Source: Octopus bimaculoides (taxonomy: Eukaryota). From it: a stretch of DNA of 64,000 nt. The translations under genes and the position numbers were made by a program. Shown piece by piece: positions 59,720 through 64,000 of this stretch (within the stretch, counting starts at the first letter, position 1; the number at the start of each line of letters is the position of its first letter). The stretch covers positions 4,610,365 to 4,674,364 of the forward strand of contig NC_068997.1 of the NCBI RefSeq assembly GCF_001194135.2. The letters are read 5' to 3'. The notes under the pieces were generated by a model. That model saw only the letters and a program-made list of their open reading frames with translations, did not search any database and was not told the origin of the DNA.

Positions 59720-60352
59720 ATTTCCTGCATACCTGGCTTTGTGAAAGAGCCATACTTGCACCAAAGAATGAAGCTGTCCAGGTTGTCAATTGGAAACTTA
59801 TGCAATCTATCAATACTAAGGGAAAAAATTATTTCTCAATTGATACTATTGTAGACCCCAGGGAGGCTGAGAATTATTCTACTGAGTTTCTTAACCCTTT
59901 GGATCCTCCTGAAATACCTTCTCACAAACTGACATTGAAGAAAGGAGTTCCAATCATGCTTTTGAGAAATCTGGATCCCCCAAAGCTATACAATGGAACA
60001 AGACTGATTGTCAGGCAAATGCATCCACATCTTTTGGAAGCAGCAATCCTCACTGGACAAAGATAGGGAGAAAATGTGTTTATTCCAAGAATTCCACAGA
60101 TTCCAGCAGACATGCTCTTTGAATTCAAGAGTTTTCAATTTCCAGTAAGAGTTAGTTTTACAATGTCAATTAACAAGAGTCAAGGACAATCACTGAAAAT
60201 TGTTGGACTTTACCTCATACAGCAGTACTTTTCCCATGGTCAGCTCTATGTTGGTTGTTCCAGAGTTGGAAATAGCAACAATCTCTTCATACTTCATACT
60301 CACAGCAAATGGTAAAACCTACAATGTTGTTTATCCTGCTGCTTCACAGTGA
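59720..60352 (+). mobile_element. Helitron PIF1-like helicase C-terminal fragment
   Basis: WLCERAILAPKN..FLN.LDPPEIPSHKLTLKKGVPIMLLRNL..YNGTRL..*GENVFIPRI..FQFPVRVSFTMSINKSQGQSL..FSHGQLYVGCSRV; one in-frame stop; Rep domain absent. Confidence 0.93.
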
Positions 60353-60456
60353 TCTCCAAATGTCACAGTGATACAAAATTCTCCAAATGTGATACTCTGT
60401 GGCATAAATCTGAGATGGTAAGGTACCAATAAATGCTTTATTTTTATTGCCCTCTT

Positions 60457-60915
60457 TAAGGTGGTGAGCTGACAGAATTGTTAGCATGCCAAGCTGGCAG
60501 AAACGTTAGCATGCCAGGCGAAATGCTTAGCGGTATTTCGCCTGCCGCTACGTTCTGAGTTCAAATTCCTCCAAGGTCAACTTTGCCTTTCATCCTTTCG
60601 GGATTGATTAAATAAGTACCAGTTACGCACTGGGTCGATATAATCGACTTAATCCGTTTGTCTGTCCTTGTTTGTCCCCTCTGTGTGTAGCCCTTTGTGG
60701 GCAGTAAACAAATAACAATTGTTAGCATGCTGGATGAAATGCTTAGTGGTACTTTACCTATTGCTACGTTCTGAGTTCAAATTCTGCTGGAGTAAACTTT
60801 GCCTTTCATCCATTTGGGATTGATGAACTAAGTACCAGTGAAACACTGGGGTCAATGTAATTAATTAGTCCCCTCTCCAAAATTTCAGGCCCTATGCCTG
60901 TAGTAGAAAGGATTA
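60457..60915 (+). mobile_element. SINE family B copy inserted into an older family B copy
   Basis: 14-bp TSD AATTGTTAGCATGC at 60476-89 and 60717-30 flanks a young 5'-truncated copy. Confidence 0.8.
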
Positions 60916-61188
60916 TTATTGCCTTCTTTAGTTTTGGGCCACAGGCTCAATTAGCCCTCCACAGGAGCTAACTTAAAAGTCCCCACAGAGTGCGACTTTT
61001 AAGCTAGTGACCAATAAAGAAAGAATTACTTTAATGTAAGGCTGTTTCAGGTGTGTATAATTATATATGTGTATGTGTTTGTGTGTATATACACACACTT
61101 ACATGTAGACAGATACACATGCATACACACAAACATGTATATGTATGTGTGTATGTAAATATATATATGTGTACGTATGTATGTATGT

Positions 61189-61320
61189 ATATTTTTATTA
61201 ATATTTAACAGAAGCAACAGAGTGACTCAATGTCTGAGTTTTATGCATTGGCATTCTCAAGGTCCAAGAGTTGGAACTTGAGTCACTTTGTTGCTTCTGC
61301 TAAATATTAATAAAAATATA
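61189..61320. repeat. 42-bp-arm inverted repeat within TA/TATG microsatellite
   Basis: ATATTTTTATTAATATTTAACAGAAGCAACAGAGTGACTCAA / TTGAGTCACTTTGTTGCTTCTGCTAAATATTAATAAAAATAT. Confidence 0.88.
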
Positions 61321-61864
61321 TATATACTCATATTTTGAGTTCTGTTTTTCCTGCTTGCATCAACATACTTATATATGTATGCATGTATATATAGCATATA
61401 TATGTGACAGGCTTCTACGTAGTTTCCATCTACAAATACCTCTCATAGGCTATTATGCTATGGTAGAAGACTCTTGTCAAGGTGTCACACAGTGGGACTG
61501 AACCTATCATAGATCTGTTAAATAACAACATCTGGTTGGACTTTTCGCTTCGTAGAACATTATAAACAACCACCACAGCTATGTGTGGTTCTAATTAGAT
61601 CAGCTACATTACAAAGACTATCAATTATATCTTTTGATCTTCCATCCCAACACTTTATCCACTTCATCATATAGATGTGCCTACTGCTAACAATGCTTGC
61701 AGCCAACATGGTTCTATACAGGGTTACTTTACTTGCTAGGAATAGCAACCAAATCTCCCTTAACTCTTTTGATACCAACTTGCCCAAGACCAACCCTGCT
61801 TCTGTGATCTAAATTAAATACTGCCATCAAAATTTCATGTTTATGATCCCAACACTAGCTTAAT

Positions 61865-62045
61865 AATGGCTTCAAATTTTGGTACAAGGTCAGCAACTTC
61901 AAAGGAGGGAGTAAGTCGATTGCTTTAACCCCTGTACTCAACTAATACTTATTTTATCAACCCCAAAAGGATGAAAGATAGTCGATCTTGGTAGAATTTG
62001 AACTTAGAACATAAAGATGGACAAAATGTTGCCTTACACTAGCTT
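61865..62045 (-). mobile_element. SINE family B, decayed
   Basis: Reverse complement of body and tail. Confidence 0.7.
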
Positions 62046-62093
62046 AATGACAGTTATTTTACTAAATACCTCCTTATTTTCAAAATTATTGGA

Positions 62094-62097
<4 letters not shown>

Positions 62098-62168
<71 letters not shown>
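62098..62168. repeat. (CT)n microsatellite
   Basis: Direct reading. Confidence 0.95.
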
Positions 62169-62172
<4 letters not shown>

Positions 62173-62869
62173 CCCACACACACACACACCCCGTCGCTAG
62201 AAGGGGACTTATCACGTTTGTAGACAATTGTTAGAAGTTATGGTTTAAAATTATTTTTTATGCAAAAGTTCACCTGTTAGGAAGGAAGAAAAAAAAATGA
62301 CCGATTCCAGGCATTTCCAGCCACGAGGAATCCATTAGTGCACAAATCCTGAAGTGTAGCGAGGGGGCGGGGCGGTGACTAGGCGCTTACATCGGCCCCA
62401 GTATTTCACTCGTACTTAATTTGTCAACCTTGAATGAAAAGTTGACCTCAGTAGATATAATACTTGACCTGAAGAGGAAAGAACAGGAGAGACTTCTAGT
62501 GAAGTCAATAACACAATAAATAATAGAAATAGACAAACAGGTCTGTGCAACTGTGCTAGAGATAAAGTATGCCCATTGAGCTCAAATGTAAAACTAAGAA
62601 CCTAGTCTGTAGATGCAAAGTTACCTCAGAGGAAAGGGACTAGTTTTATATAGGGCCAGCTCTCTTTTTTCATAAAGAGACTGGCCAATTATTTAAATTC
62701 CTTTAGAGGTAAGGAAAAAATAAGTAATACAAGACTAAGTAAACTAATTTGGTCAAATAAAGACTAAAACAATAACTAAGATATTTATGACAACTAATTA
62801 ATACTGCTAAGCCTTATCAAGTAGGGGGAAAGAGATACAACTTATGCATAGAGGAACATTATCAAATAT

Positions 62870-63029
62870 TGGAGTGGCTGTTTGGTAAGTAGCTTGCTTG
62901 CCAACCACATGGTTCCGGGTTCATTCCCACTGCATGGCACCTTGGGCAAGTGTCTTCTACCATAGCCTCAGGCCGACCAAAGTCTTGTAAGTGGATTTGA
63001 TAGACGGAAACTGAAAGAAGCCAGTCGTA

Positions 63030-63081
<52 letters not shown>

Positions 63082-63310
63082 GTATGTATGTGTGGGTGTA
63101 TGTTTGTGTGCCTGTGTCCCCCCAACACCGCTTGACAACCAATGGTGTCCCCCAACATCGCTTGACAAACCATAACTTAGTGGTTCGGCAAAAGAGACTG
63201 ATAGAATAAGTACTAGGCATCCAAAAAATAAGTCCTGGGGTTGATTTGCTTGACTAAAGGTGGTGCTCCAGCATGGCCACAGTCAAATGACTGAAACAAG
63301 TAAAAGAGTA
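62870..63310 (+). mobile_element. SINE family A, near full length
   Basis: GGAGTGGCTGTTTGGTAAGTAGCTTGC..GGTTCCGGGTTCATTCCC..CACCTTGGGCAAGTGTC..(TA)n..tail. Confidence 0.88.
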
Positions 63311-64000
63311 AAACGCACATTAATACAAAACACGAACAAGCCCTAAGATGTTTACACAAACATGGTGGGACCTTTAAGAGATATAGAGATAATTCTAGAT
63401 AGCCAACACCCCAGCAAGAATTGAGCTTGATATAACAAGTAGAATAATATTGCCTAAACATAAAAATATATAATAATCAGCATTAATAAAAAAGATAAGT
63501 ACCCTGCCCAATGTATAACACGAATCATGAACAGCCCAACCAAAAAATGAATATACACATATATGAACTTTTCAATAGAAGCCCTACACTCAAAATCAAA
63601 AACATTACACACACAACCATTAAAATGAACAAAGAGCCTTACAAGAACAATAATCTCAACCTTAACTGATTTTAAGACCAAGCCCTAACTTCAGCAACTT
63701 GCGTGAAGTTGAGGTCAACAGCACATACCTAAAAATAACAACACCCCTACCTCCCCCAGAAGAACAAAAATTTACTTCAGTCAGTTCACTTCAAGGATAA
63801 CCAAATGGACAGACCCTGATGAAGCTGTACCAACAAGATTGCAAGGCTGCATTTGCAGTAGTGAGTAGTCACTGCGGCAGCAGCGTGTGTAGGTCATTAT
63901 GATATGCTGTATATAAAATAAGTTGTGTGGATGTACAAATCTCCTTACCCTTTATTATCATTAATATTAATGTGTGTGTGTGAGAGAGAGAGAGTGTGTG

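Overview
AT-rich, microsatellite-dense, repeat-saturated eukaryotic genomic DNA with eight N gaps. The SINE/LINE repertoire and simple-repeat load look like a coleoid cephalopod (Octopus-like) draft assembly; that is pattern recognition, not a database match. Most of the window is decayed mobile DNA: at least four SINE families, RTE, CR1-like, R4/Dong-like (RLE) and Tx1/L1-like non-LTR fragments, a Gypsy gag-PR-RT fragment, three mariner relics, a Tc1-like relic, hAT-type MITEs, a Helitron helicase fragment and many fold-back elements. No intact transposon ORF, tRNA/rRNA gene or CRISPR array is visible, and most ORFs in the supplied track are microsatellite or gap artefacts. Host-gene signal is limited to two well-supported plus-strand coding exons (21511-21618, 21926-22169) of an unidentified protein, a few weaker exon candidates, and a CpG-retaining region at ~29.3-35.4 kb with two outward-facing YY1-type motifs (possible divergent promoter). 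Two results stand out. (1) A dispersed family of non-coding, microsatellite-embedded, fold-back elements carries minimal type-I hammerhead ribozyme motifs (best at 9124-9259 and 2760-2807; degenerate at 25622-25692, 56652-56696, 58982-59057), resembling non-autonomous Penelope-like or retrozyme-like elements. (2) TIR elements carry internal telomere-type (TTAGGG) repeats, in some cases as palindromes (32177-32314, 34550-35175, 45755-46322). Repeat boundaries were read by eye and are approximate unless a TSD is given.
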